NCBI GenBank assembly: GCA_029858565.1
Contig: JAOUEV010000008.1
Coordinates: 13,969 to 77,968 of the forward strand
Direction of reading: 5' to 3'
Source of the DNA: Nitrospirota bacterium
GTDB taxonomy: Bacteria; Nitrospirota; UBA9217
Length of the DNA: 64,000 bases
Shown: piece by piece, positions 37,005-46,524 of the stretch
How positions within the stretch are numbered: the stretch's first letter is position 1
How the letters are laid out: each line of letters begins with the position of its first letter
Made by a program: the position numbers and the translations under genes
The notes under the pieces: generated by a model
Seen by the model: the letters and a program-made list of their open reading frames with translations, nothing else
The model's database searches: none
Told to the model about the DNA's origin: nothing

Positions 37005-37901
37005 TTACCCCTTACGGCCCTTGAGGTATTTTCCGATGATCGGCGCAAGATCCTTCTTCGTTTTCGCCGGGATCAGCTTTGCCGGCGTCATGATCGCGAA
37101 CTGAAGAGCCGATCCGCACGCACAGGTCCGCTCCTCCGGCAACATCCTGACAGCCTCCTTGATCATTGCCTTGGAAGTCTCGATATTATGCTTCATGACC
37201 TCGAGCACAGCCTCAACGGTAACAGCCTCTTCGCTATGATGCCAGCAGTCATAGTCCGTGGCCAGCGCGATGGTGCTGTAGCAGATCTCGGCCTCGCGCG
37301 CGAGCTTCGCTTCGGTGGCGTTGGTCATCCCGATGACATTGACGCCCCACTGCCGGTAGATCAGCGACTCCGCCCGGGTGGAAAACTGGGGGCCTTCCAT
37401 GCAGATATACGTGCCGCCCTCGTGGACCATCGCTCCTGCCCGCGCGCCTGCCTCGACCAGCACTTTGCACAGGTTGCCGCAGACCGGATCGGCCATGCCG
37501 ACATGAGCGACCGCGCCATTCCCGAAAAATGTGCTGCGGCGATGCTTCGTGTGATCGTAGAACTGGTCGGGGATCACGATATCGCCGGGTTTGATCTCTT
37601 CCTTCATGCTGCCCACGGCGCTCACCGAGATGATCCGCTCGACGCCCAGCTTCTTCATGCCGTAGATGTTCGCACGGTAATTGATGTCCGTGGGCATGAC
37701 CCGGTGGCCCTTGCCGTGACGGGGCAGGAAAGCAATACGCCGTCCATAGAGCGTACCCACGAGATATTCATCCGACGGTTTTCCGAAAGGCGTGGCGATC
37801 CGCACCTTCCTGATGTTCGTCAGGCCTTCCATTTCGTACAGTCCGCTGCCGCCGATGACGCCGATCGTCACGCGTTCAGTCTTTTTACTTCGCAGTGCCA
37901 T
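37005..37901 (-). CDS. mtnP: S-methyl-5'-thioadenosine phosphorylase
   Basis: IGGSGLY, RHGKGH, EGPQFSTRAES, GMTN..EAKLARE, TDYDCW. Confidence 0.93.
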   Translation of the reverse strand: MALRSKKTERVTIGVIGGSGLYEMEGLTNIRKVRIATPFGKPSDEYLVGTLYGRRIAFLPRHGKGHRVMPTDINYRANIYGMKKLGVERIISVSAVGSMKEEIKPGDIVIPDQFYDHTKHRRSTFFGNGAVAHVGMADPVCGNLCKVLVEAGARAGAMVHEGGTYICMEGPQFSTRAESLIYRQWGVNVIGMTNATEAKLAREAEICYSTIALATDYDCWHHSEEAVTVEAVLEVMKHNIETSKAMIKEAVRMLPEERTCACGSALQFAIMTPAKLIPAKTKKDLAPIIGKYLKGRKG

Positions 37902-38025
37902 GAACGATTTCCTTTATGATGAGAATACGCCTGGAGTACCGATCGTGGGTGAAGTACTCGGGATGCGGAATATATTCCCGAACCGCAGGACGGTCGCATT
38001 CCGCATTCCGCACTCCCCGCAGGAT

Positions 38026-38298
38026 CTATCCCTGAGGTGTCACTGGCGCGGATTCGCCGTCCTTCTTCACGTCTCCGCTCTCCAGCAGATCAACAGGACG
38101 TTCAGGGATGATGGTGGAAATGGCGTGTTTGTAGACCAGCTGCTGGTTCTCCTGCTTCAGGAGGATTACAAAGTTGTCGAAGCCTTTGATCGTTCCGGAG
38201 ATGCGGGCGCCGTTCACCAGATACATGGTCACCGGGACCTTCTCCTTGCGCATCTGGTTCAAAAAAATGTCCTGAAGGTTCACTTGCGACTTGCCCAT
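38026..38298 (-). CDS. hfq: RNA chaperone Hfq
   Basis: [28 protein letters not shown]; directly follows miaA. Confidence 0.95.
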   Translation of the reverse strand: MGKSQVNLQDIFLNQMRKEKVPVTMYLVNGARISGTIKGFDNFVILLKQENQQLVYKHAISTIIPERPVDLLESGDVKKDGESAPVTPQG

Positions 38299-38358
38299 CC
38301 ACCCCTCCGCTGACGCGGTCCATGTGACCGTCAGACCTCGCACCAAATTTTTGAAATG

Positions 38359-39306
38359 TTATACCAAGTTGCCTGAAATATCAATGTTTTTCTTTATCTG
38401 CGACACAATTTCATTGGGGTCATCAAGTCCCGAAATATCGATCCAGACGGCTTCAGGCTCTCTGCGGAACCAGGTGAACTGCCGTTTGGCAAAACGCCTC
38501 GTGTCCCGCTTGAGCAGTTCAACGGTTTCCTCGCGGCCCGTCTTGTTGTTGAAGTATCCCATGAAATGCTGGTACCCCAGCGCCTGCATGGATACCAGCT
38601 CCCTGCCGTATCCCTTCAGCATCAGGCCTTTCACTTCGTCCTCCAGCCCTCCGGCGATCATGGCGTCGACACGCCGATCGATGCGGCTGTAGAGTTCCGC
38701 CCTGCCGCGGACCAGGAACAGGAGACGGAAGGCGAATGGCCGGTCGCTGAACCCGTGTTCCTGCTGGAGCGATGACATCTTCCTGTCGCGAATATGGAAG
38801 ACCTCCAGCGCTCGCACGGTGCGGCGGAGATCATTGGGGTGGATCTTGATGGCCGCCTCGGGATCGAGCCTCGCCAGGTCCGCGTACAGCGTTCCTTCGC
38901 CGTTCTCAGCCTCTTTGCTCAGCAGCCGTTCCCGGAGTTCCAGGTCCGCAGGCGGCCCGTGGAACAGGCCCTTCATGAGCGCCCGGATATAGAGCCCGGT
39001 CCCTCCCACCACGATGGGCGTGCCGCCGGTCTTCAGAATCGCGTCGATCGCCGCCCGGGCGTCGCGATAATAGTCGCCGACGCTGTAGGGCTGCGCCGGG
39101 TCCGCGACATCGATAAGATGATGATAAACGAGCTTCCGCTGCTCCGGTGCGGGCTTTGCCGTGCCGATATCCATGCCGCGATAGACCTGCATGGAATCCG
39201 CGCTCACGATCTCCGCGTCCTGCTCCCGCGCGAGCAGGATCGACGCATCGGTCTTGCCGACGGCCGTGGGTCCGGCGATGATGAGAATGGGCTTCGGTGA
39301 AGACAT
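38359..39306 (-). CDS. miaA: tRNA dimethylallyltransferase
   Basis: GPTAVGKT, DSMQVYRGMDIGTAK, GGTGLY, KRQFTWF. Confidence 0.96.
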   Translation of the reverse strand: MSSPKPILIIAGPTAVGKTDASILLAREQDAEIVSADSMQVYRGMDIGTAKPAPEQRKLVYHHLIDVADPAQPYSVGDYYRDARAAIDAILKTGGTPIVVGGTGLYIRALMKGLFHGPPADLELRERLLSKEAENGEGTLYADLARLDPEAAIKIHPNDLRRTVRALEVFHIRDRKMSSLQQEHGFSDRPFAFRLLFLVRGRAELYSRIDRRVDAMIAGGLEDEVKGLMLKGYGRELVSMQALGYQHFMGYFNNKTGREETVELLKRDTRRFAKRQFTWFRREPEAVWIDISGLDDPNEIVSQIKKNIDISGNLV

Positions 39307-39315
39307 AACTGAAAA

Positions 39316-40056
39316 TCAGTTCTCTTCTATCGATTTGTGCAGCTTTATCGGTTTTGCTTTCTTCCGCATCCGTATGTTCAGCATCTCCACGACCGTGGAG
39401 AATGCCATGGCAAAATAGATGTATCCCCGTGGCACATGCCAGTCAAAACCCTCGGCAATGAGCGCCACGCCGACCACGACCAGAAAGCTCAGGGCGAGCA
39501 CTTTGATCGTCGGATGACGGTCCACGAAGTCCCCGATGGCTTTGGAAGCGAACATCATAACACCCACGGCGGCCATGATCGCCAGGATCATTACCGCCAC
39601 CTCCTTCGCCAATCCAACCGCGGTTATCACGGAGTCGAGCGAGAAAATGATGTCAATGACCGCGATCTGGGCGATAGTGGCAGCGAACCCTGCCATGGCA
39701 GCGGTTGAACGCTCCTCCCCGGAGCCCTCAAGGCTCTCATGTATCTCCATAGTGCTCTTCCAGAGCAGGAACAGGCCTCCGCCGATCAGGATGATATCGC
39801 GGCCGGAGATTTCCCTGGCCATGACCGCGAAGAGCGGTTCGGTCAGCCGCATGACCCAGGTGATGGACAAAAGCAGCAGGATGCGGGTCACCATGGCGAA
39901 ACCAAGGCCGAGCACGCGGCCCCGTGCCCGCTGGTGCTCCGGAAGCCTGCCCACGAGAATGGAGATGAATATGATGTTGTCGATTCCCAGCACGATCTCG
40001 AGTGCCGTCAGCGTCACCAGCGCGATCCATGCCTCGGGGTTGAAGATCCAGTCCAT
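39316..40056 (-). CDS. TerC family membrane protein
   Basis: LEIVLGIDNIIFI, DIIFSLDSVITAVG. Confidence 0.9.
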   Translation of the reverse strand: MDWIFNPEAWIALVTLTALEIVLGIDNIIFISILVGRLPEHQRARGRVLGLGFAMVTRILLLLSITWVMRLTEPLFAVMAREISGRDIILIGGGLFLLWKSTMEIHESLEGSGEERSTAAMAGFAATIAQIAVIDIIFSLDSVITAVGLAKEVAVMILAIMAAVGVMMFASKAIGDFVDRHPTIKVLALSFLVVVGVALIAEGFDWHVPRGYIYFAMAFSTVVEMLNIRMRKKAKPIKLHKSIEEN

Positions 40057-40076
40057 TGCTTATGTTTCCTTTCCTC

Positions 40077-41861
40077 TCAGATCCTTTTGAACATCTTCCG
40101 GATCTCATCCATCGAGAACCGCACGATCGTCGGCCTGCCGTGTGGACAGGAGTGCGGCATGCGGCACACGAACAGGTCGCGGATCAGATCATCCATTTCA
40201 CGGACCGTAAGGTGCCGGTGGACCTTGACCGCCGGATGGCAGGCCATGACGGACAGGACCTCGTTCCGGAGAACATCCATCCTGTTGCTGGACCCGTGCA
40301 CCTTGAGCTCGTCGAGAATATCGTTCAGCAATTTCCGGGGATCTGCCTTGATCAGAAGAGCGGGCACTGCCTTGATGATGAACGTCCTTCCGCCGAAGGG
40401 TTCCATGACCAGTCCGAGCTTTTCCAGATCAAGCGCTGCCTCCGCCAGAAGTTCCTGCTCAGCAGGGCCGACCTCGATCTGCAGCGGGATCAGGAGGTTT
40501 TGAGCAGGCACCGTACCGCGAGCATGCTGGTCCTGGAGCTGCTCGAACAGTATCCGTTCATGGGCCGCGTGCTGGTCGATGAGGGCCATGCCGCTGCTTG
40601 ACTGCGCGACAATGAAGGAATCATGCACCTGTGCCAAGGGTACGAGCACTTCTCCCAGGAAGGCAGGGAGCTGCTCCGGCGCAGACCGCTCCGGCGCATG
40701 TTCGTGGGGAAGCGCTGCGGATTGATCGGTCCGTCTCCGGCCGTAAGAATGCGGGTGCACGGTCTCATTCGGCTTACCGGACGATCCGACGTAGGGTGCC
40801 AAAGGGTCCGCCACAGCATCCATCGTCACCGCAGCGGGAGGCAAGGACCTGTCCCGGGACACAGAAGACCGGCTGCGGCTCAAGGCTTCGCGGACAGCAT
40901 CCCGGACCAGGTCGTGTATCTGCGACTGGTTGCGGAAACGGACCTCGGTCTTGGCCGGATGGACATTCACGTCGACCAGCGCAGGGTCCAGATCGAGAAA
41001 GAGGATTGCCGCAGGATGGCGATCGCGCATCAGCAGATCAGCATATGCCTGATAGAGCCCATGGCTGAGCGAGGGATTCCTGACGAACCTGCCGTTCACG
41101 TAAAACTCCTGGCATGTCTTGTCCCCGCGGGAGTAGTTCGGTTTGCCGATCAGGCCGGACAGATGCACCGGCTCCCTTTGCGCTGAAAGTTCGATCAGGT
41201 TCTCTGTCAGTTCCTCACCGAACACCTGCCGGGCCCGTTCCCGAAGGGATTCTGCGGCCAGCAGATCGAATACCGTCTTCTTATTATGGGTCAGCTTGAA
41301 GCGGACAGCGGGATGGGCCATGGCCTGGTGCGACAGGGCCGCGGAAATATGGGAGAACTCCGTGGCCGGACTCTTCAGGAACTTGAGCCGCGCCGGGGTG
41401 TTGAAGAACAAATGGCTCACCTCGATCGAGGTTCCGGGAGATGCCGGTGCAGCGGTGATGTTTCCGAGCGTTCCTCCGTCGATCTCGACCAGCGTCCCCT
41501 CACCGCCGCCGCGCCGCGCGGTGATCATGCGGACCCGGGAGACTGCCGCGATGCTCGACAGGGCCTCGCCGCGGAATCCCATGGTCCGGATCGCCTCAAG
41601 GTCCGCTTCGGAGGATATCTTGCTCGTTGCGTGACGTTCAAAGGCGAGCCGGGCATCCTCCCGCGCCATACCTGCACCATTGTCGCTTATGCGAATAAGC
41701 CGTTTACCGGCCTGTTCAATGTCGACAAGGACCTCAACAGCACCGGCATCCAGAGCGTTCTCGATCAGTTCCTTGACCACCGAGGAAGGCCGTTCAACGA
41801 CTTCGCCGGCGGCGATCTTGTTGATAAGATTGTCTGGAAGAATTTTTATCACTGAGGACAT
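40077..41861 (-). CDS. mutL: DNA mismatch repair endonuclease MutL
   Basis: IAAGEVVERP, GFRGEAL, DVNVHP.K, DQHAAHER, CPHGRP. Confidence 0.96.
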   Translation of the reverse strand: MSSVIKILPDNLINKIAAGEVVERPSSVVKELIENALDAGAVEVLVDIEQAGKRLIRISDNGAGMAREDARLAFERHATSKISSEADLEAIRTMGFRGEALSSIAAVSRVRMITARRGGGEGTLVEIDGGTLGNITAAPASPGTSIEVSHLFFNTPARLKFLKSPATEFSHISAALSHQAMAHPAVRFKLTHNKKTVFDLLAAESLRERARQVFGEELTENLIELSAQREPVHLSGLIGKPNYSRGDKTCQEFYVNGRFVRNPSLSHGLYQAYADLLMRDRHPAAILFLDLDPALVDVNVHPAKTEVRFRNQSQIHDLVRDAVREALSRSRSSVSRDRSLPPAAVTMDAVADPLAPYVGSSGKPNETVHPHSYGRRRTDQSAALPHEHAPERSAPEQLPAFLGEVLVPLAQVHDSFIVAQSSSGMALIDQHAAHERILFEQLQDQHARGTVPAQNLLIPLQIEVGPAEQELLAEAALDLEKLGLVMEPFGGRTFIIKAVPALLIKADPRKLLNDILDELKVHGSSNRMDVLRNEVLSVMACHPAVKVHRHLTVREMDDLIRDLFVCRMPHSCPHGRPTIVRFSMDEIRKMFKRI

Positions 41862-41959
41862 ACCGATAAGGACCGCGGTTCAACGCGGACGGAAAGCGGA
41901 CCGCAAGCATACTCCCGTCGCCGCGATGGGCTCGCCCGTGATCATTCGGAGTTGCGAAA

Positions 41960-43351
41960 TCAGTACTTCAGCTGTATCTTTTCCTGGTTTCCCAGGACCA
42001 CGATCGTCAGGTGTTCCGGATCCAGATATTTGGCAGCCACCCGCTGGAGCTCTTCGCGCGTGACCGCATTGATCAGGCGCGGATATTTCACAGGATAGTC
42101 CAGATCGAGTCCGTATATCTCGATGCTCGTGAGCATCGACGCGATCTTCGCTTGCGTGTCCATGCGCAGGGGAAAGCTGCCGGTCAGGTATGCTTTGGCG
42201 TCGGCAAGTTCCTTCTCGCCCACCGGCTCCTGCCTGATGCGCCGTATCTCCGAGAAGATCTCATTGATCGCTTCGTTCGCAGATTCGCTCTTTGTCTGCA
42301 CCCAGACACGGAAGGCGCCCGGTTCCTTCTGCGCCTGGAAGGAGCTGTGAACATCGTACGCCAGCCCCCGGTTGTCCCGGATATTGTCCATGAGCCGGGA
42401 TGAGAACCCTCCTCCGCCGAGAATATAGTTCATGACCGATATGGCGTAAAAGTCCGGGTTCTCCCTGCTGACGCCAAGATGTCCCAGTGCGATATTGGCC
42501 TGGGTGATGTTCTTGTCCAGCTTGAGAACCTCGATCTTCTCTTTTTTCGGAGGCGCCGTGCGTGCCGGATCCTGACCGTCCACGTGACGCCAGTCCTTGA
42601 AATTCTCCCTGATCAGGCGACGGACCTCTTTTTCCGTGGTATCCCCGACCACGGCGATGATCACTCTGTTCGGGCCGTACCGAGTTGCGTGGAAATCAGC
42701 AACATCCTGACGGGTCAGGCGGGGAAGGTATGCGGCCACATCGTCGTTCGTTCTCCCGTAGGGATGGCCGCCGAACACCGCCTTGCTGAAGGCCTCGCCG
42801 GCGATCACTTCAGGTTCGTCCTTCTGCTGCCGGATCGCCGCCAGGGTCTCCTTGACCTTCCGGTCGATCTCCTTCTGATCGAACACCGGGTTCGTCAGAA
42901 CATCGGAAAGCAGATCGAATCCCTTGCGAACGTCCTTTTTCAGCACCCGGAGGCTGGCAACCGAGAAATCATCGCTGCCTGAAACCGACAGCGAACCTCC
43001 CACGAAATCGATCTCCTGGCTTATCTGCAGGGCGGTCCGTTTTTTCGTCCCCTGCATGAGCAGGGCCGCGGTCATGGAAGCCAGACCGGGCTTGTCGCCG
43101 GGCTCCACGATACTCCCCGCGCGGATCACCATATTCACCGTGACCACGGGCAGTTCATGCCGCTCAGCGAGCAGCAGGACCATTCCGTTCTCCAGCACGA
43201 TGCGCTTCCCGATCGGTTCGGCCGCATGAGCGATGGAAACCAACCCGAGCAAGAGTGAGAGCATAATGCCGTAACGAACAATTCTTTGTATTTGACGTAC
43301 AATCCGCAATCCGCAATCCGCAATCCGCAATGTGTTTATGTCATTTTGCAT
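41960..43351 (-). CDS. M16 family peptidase, non-catalytic subunit (exported)
   Basis: LENG..., GGGFSSRL..IR..RGLAY; no HxxEH motif; start uncertain (43351 or 43264). Confidence 0.85.
   Translation of the reverse strand: MQNDINTLRIADCGLRIVRQIQRIVRYGIMLSLLLGLVSIAHAAEPIGKRIVLENGMVLLLAERHELPVVTVNMVIRAGSIVEPGDKPGLASMTAALLMQGTKKRTALQISQEIDFVGGSLSVSGSDDFSVASLRVLKKDVRKGFDLLSDVLTNPVFDQKEIDRKVKETLAAIRQQKDEPEVIAGEAFSKAVFGGHPYGRTNDDVAAYLPRLTRQDVADFHATRYGPNRVIIAVVGDTTEKEVRRLIRENFKDWRHVDGQDPARTAPPKKEKIEVLKLDKNITQANIALGHLGVSRENPDFYAISVMNYILGGGGFSSRLMDNIRDNRGLAYDVHSSFQAQKEPGAFRVWVQTKSESANEAINEIFSEIRRIRQEPVGEKELADAKAYLTGSFPLRMDTQAKIASMLTSIEIYGLDLDYPVKYPRLINAVTREELQRVAAKYLDPEHLTIVVLGNQEKIQLKY
43301..43331. 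repeat. AATCCGC heptamer tandem repeat
   Basis: AATCCGC x4. Confidence 0.75.
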
Positions 43352-43352
43352 G

Positions 43353-44681
43353 TTATTTCTCCGAATCCTTCTTGATCGGCACCAATATCCCCACGGTCCG
43401 GCTGTCCTCGGTAAAGTAGGTTCGCGCCACACGCTGGACATCCTCCTTGGTGACCGATCGAACGCGTTCAACGTACGACTCGAGGAGCCTCCAGTTCGCG
43501 ACCGTCTCGAACTGACCCAGCACCATGGCCTGGTAGAATACCGAATCCTGGCCCATGATGAAGCTCGCTTCTATCTGGTTCTTTGCCTTCTGGAGCTCCT
43601 CATCGGTCACCGGTTCGTTCTTGAACCGATCGATCTCTGCGTAGAGCGCCTTTTCAACATCCTCGGTGTTCTTCCCGGGCATGACGCCCGCGTACAGATA
43701 GAACAGGTTGGCGTCGGTCGATACGTCGTCGTAGTCCCCGCCTGCGTACAGCGCCAGCTGCTTCTCATACACCAGCGAACGGTACAGACGGGAGCTCCTG
43801 CCTGACGAGAGGATCGACTGCAGTACGTTCAGCGCCTGGGAATCGGGGCTCTGCATGGTCGGCGCTTTGTAACCGGCAAAGATCGCCGGCAGTTCCGCTT
43901 CCTGCTTCACAACAAGCCGTTTTTCACCGAGCTGCTTCGGTTCGGCGGCAGCGACCTTCGGGACATCCGGGCCCCGGGGAATGGATCCGAAATACTTCTC
44001 CACCAGGGCCAGCACCTTCTTGATCTCGAAATCGCCGACCACGACGATCGTGGCATTGTTCGGCGCGTAGTACGTACGATAGTGGTTCTCCAGGTCATCG
44101 CGGGTGATGCTCCGGATGTCCGCCATCCAGCCGATGACCGGCCACTGATAGGGATGGGCGGCGAATGCAGTGGCCATCATCTGCTCGACCATGGTGGCAG
44201 TAGGATCGTCCTCGGTGCGCATCCTGCGCTCTTCGGTGACCACGTCCCGTTCCGACAGAAAGTCCTTGGGATCAAGTATCAGGCCCTGCATCCGGTCGGA
44301 CTCGAGGTCCATTGCCAGTTCCAGCCGGTCCGCTGCAAAGTTCTCGAAATAGGCGGTGTAATCCTTGCTGGTGAACGCGTTGTCATTTCCGCCGTTCTTC
44401 TGCACCATCCGGGAGAATTGTTTAGGACCGTACTTCTTCGAGCCCTTGAACATCATATGCTCCAGGAGGTGCGACATCCCGGTCTTGCCGAGCCGCTCGT
44501 TCCTCCCGCCGACGCGGTACCAGATCTGGAAGGTCACGACCGGCGATTTATGGTCTTCCTTGAGCAGGACTTTGAGTCCGTTCGGCAGCACTTTCTCCGT
44601 CACCTTCAGGTCCTGGGCAAAGCCGCTCGCCGCAATAATGATCGATGCGATTATACATACAATAATTTTCATAAGTCTCAT
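43353..44681 (-). CDS. M16 family zinc peptidase, catalytic subunit (exported)
   Basis: SHLLEHMMFKG, NAFTS; signal peptide. Confidence 0.92.
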   Translation of the reverse strand: MRLMKIIVCIIASIIIAASGFAQDLKVTEKVLPNGLKVLLKEDHKSPVVTFQIWYRVGGRNERLGKTGMSHLLEHMMFKGSKKYGPKQFSRMVQKNGGNDNAFTSKDYTAYFENFAADRLELAMDLESDRMQGLILDPKDFLSERDVVTEERRMRTEDDPTATMVEQMMATAFAAHPYQWPVIGWMADIRSITRDDLENHYRTYYAPNNATIVVVGDFEIKKVLALVEKYFGSIPRGPDVPKVAAAEPKQLGEKRLVVKQEAELPAIFAGYKAPTMQSPDSQALNVLQSILSSGRSSRLYRSLVYEKQLALYAGGDYDDVSTDANLFYLYAGVMPGKNTEDVEKALYAEIDRFKNEPVTDEELQKAKNQIEASFIMGQDSVFYQAMVLGQFETVANWRLLESYVERVRSVTKEDVQRVARTYFTEDSRTVGILVPIKKDSEK

Positions 44682-44702
44682 ATCGGTTCTCCGCTTTGAT
44701 TT

Positions 44703-44733
44703 AATCCGCAATCCGAAATCTGCAATCCGAAAT
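44703..44733. repeat. AATCCG(C/A) heptamer tandem repeat
   Basis: AATCCGC AATCCGA AATCTGC AATCCGA. Confidence 0.7.
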
Positions 44734-44735
44734 TA

Positions 44736-45185
44736 TTATCCCGTGTGTCCGAACCCGCCGCTCCCCCGTTTTGTTTCTGAAAGATCTGCTACGGTCAGGA
44801 AACGGGCCTTTTCGATCTTCACAAATACCATCTGGGCGATCCTGTCGCCGCGGCGGACCGGGAAGGGCTTGTCGCTGAAATTGAACAGGATCACGCCGAT
44901 CTCGCCCCGGTAATCCGCATCGATCGTCCCCGGTCCGTTCAGCATCCCGATACCGTGCTTGAGCGCAAGACCGCTGCGCGGACGGACCTGGCCCTCGTAT
45001 CCCTCGGGAATGGCGATGGAGATCCCCGTGGGGATGAGCTTCCAGGAACCCGGCGCGATCTCAGTCTCGACGTCAACAGCAGCGTAGAGGTCGACACCGG
45101 CCGCGTGCTCGGTCTGATAATGAGGCACCGGGAGGCCGGCGCCATTCTGAAGTTGAAGGATTTCTACGGTAAAATGCTGAGACAT
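44736..45185 (-). CDS. dut: dUTP diphosphatase
   Basis: [30 protein letters not shown]. Confidence 0.96.
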   Translation of the reverse strand: MSQHFTVEILQLQNGAGLPVPHYQTEHAAGVDLYAAVDVETEIAPGSWKLIPTGISIAIPEGYEGQVRPRSGLALKHGIGMLNGPGTIDADYRGEIGVILFNFSDKPFPVRRGDRIAQMVFVKIEKARFLTVADLSETKRGSGGFGHTG

Positions 45186-45262
45186 TGTTCAAATAGGAGG
45201 CTATCCCTTACCCCTTGCTTATCTACTCCAGGCCACCGGCTACTGGTTCCCGGCTACAGCAG

Positions 45263-46519
45263 CTATATTTCCAGCAGATCTTCCGGAAGATCCGTCTTCG
45301 CGATCGGCCCCAGGATGCTGAGCGCCATGTTCCCGGTCACGAATATCTGCTGCGCCACCCGGAGGACCTGTTCCCGGGTCACACTGTCAACTCCCTTGAT
45401 TACCTCGTCGACCGAATGATATCTTCCGAAATAGATCTCCTGCCGGGCCAGACGGCTCATATGGCTGTTGCTGCTCTCCAGGGAAAGGACCAGGTTCCCC
45501 TTGATCTGGTTCTTTACCCGCGTCTCTTCGGCAGGAGTGATGCCTTCCGCCTTTATCTTCCGGATCTCCTTCATGATCAGCTGAATGGCCTGGATCGCGT
45601 TCGCCGGGTCCGTGCCCGCGTAGATCGTCAGAAGTCCCGTATCCCGGTAGGCGGTCACATAGGAATAGATGGAATAGACCAGGGCGTTCTGCTCCCGAAC
45701 TTCCTGGAAAAGCCGGGAACTCATGCTGTTCCCCAGGACCGTGTTGAGCGCCAGGATCACGAACCGGTCCTCGTGGGGATAGGGAATCCCGCCGCATCCG
45801 AGACAGACCTGGACCTGCTCCAGCTGTTTTTTCCTTACCGATACCGCCGGGGTGAAGGTCGGCACGACCTCCTGCTTCGGCGTTCCCGCGCGCTTCAATT
45901 TTCCGAAAGCCTGTTCGAGCAGTTCTATGAGGCGGCTATGCTCGAAATTTCCCGCTACGGAAATCACGATCTCCCGGGGACCGTAGTAGTTCTCGATATA
46001 CTGCAGGATGTCCGTGTGCTTGAGGGACTTGATGGTGTCGCGGGTGCCGAGGATCGGCCTGCCGAGAGAATTCCCCTGCCACACCGTCCCCGTGAACAGC
46101 TCATGAATGTGGTCGTCGGGTGTGTCCTCGACGCCCTTGATCTCCTCAAGGATGACCTTGCGTTCCTTCTCCATGTCCGCCGGATCGAACCTGGACCCCA
46201 GGAGGATGTCCGACAGGATCTCGATGGCCAGGGGAAGATGCTCGTCGAGCACCTTCACGTAGTAGGTGGTGCTTTCCTGGGAGGTGAACGCGTTCATCTC
46301 TCCGCCCAGGGAATCGATCTCCGTGGCGATGTCCCGCGCCGTGCGCTTCTTCGTGCCCTTGAAGAACATGTGCTCGATGAAGTGCGATGCACCGCCGATC
46401 TCCGCGGGCTCGTGGCGGGACCCGACCTTGACCCAGACGCCGATGGAAACGGAACGTACTTTGGGCAGCGTTTCGGAGACAACGCGGATGCCGTTCGACA
46501 GGGTGTCTTTTCTATACAT
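45263..46519 (-). CDS. M16 family zinc peptidase (cytoplasmic)
   Basis: HFIEHMFFKGT, NAFTS, MSSRLFQEVRE. Confidence 0.92.
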   Translation of the reverse strand: MYRKDTLSNGIRVVSETLPKVRSVSIGVWVKVGSRHEPAEIGGASHFIEHMFFKGTKKRTARDIATEIDSLGGEMNAFTSQESTTYYVKVLDEHLPLAIEILSDILLGSRFDPADMEKERKVILEEIKGVEDTPDDHIHELFTGTVWQGNSLGRPILGTRDTIKSLKHTDILQYIENYYGPREIVISVAGNFEHSRLIELLEQAFGKLKRAGTPKQEVVPTFTPAVSVRKKQLEQVQVCLGCGGIPYPHEDRFVILALNTVLGNSMSSRLFQEVREQNALVYSIYSYVTAYRDTGLLTIYAGTDPANAIQAIQLIMKEIRKIKAEGITPAEETRVKNQIKGNLVLSLESSNSHMSRLARQEIYFGRYHSVDEVIKGVDSVTREQVLRVAQQIFVTGNMALSILGPIAKTDLPEDLLEI

Positions 46520-46524
46520 GATGG

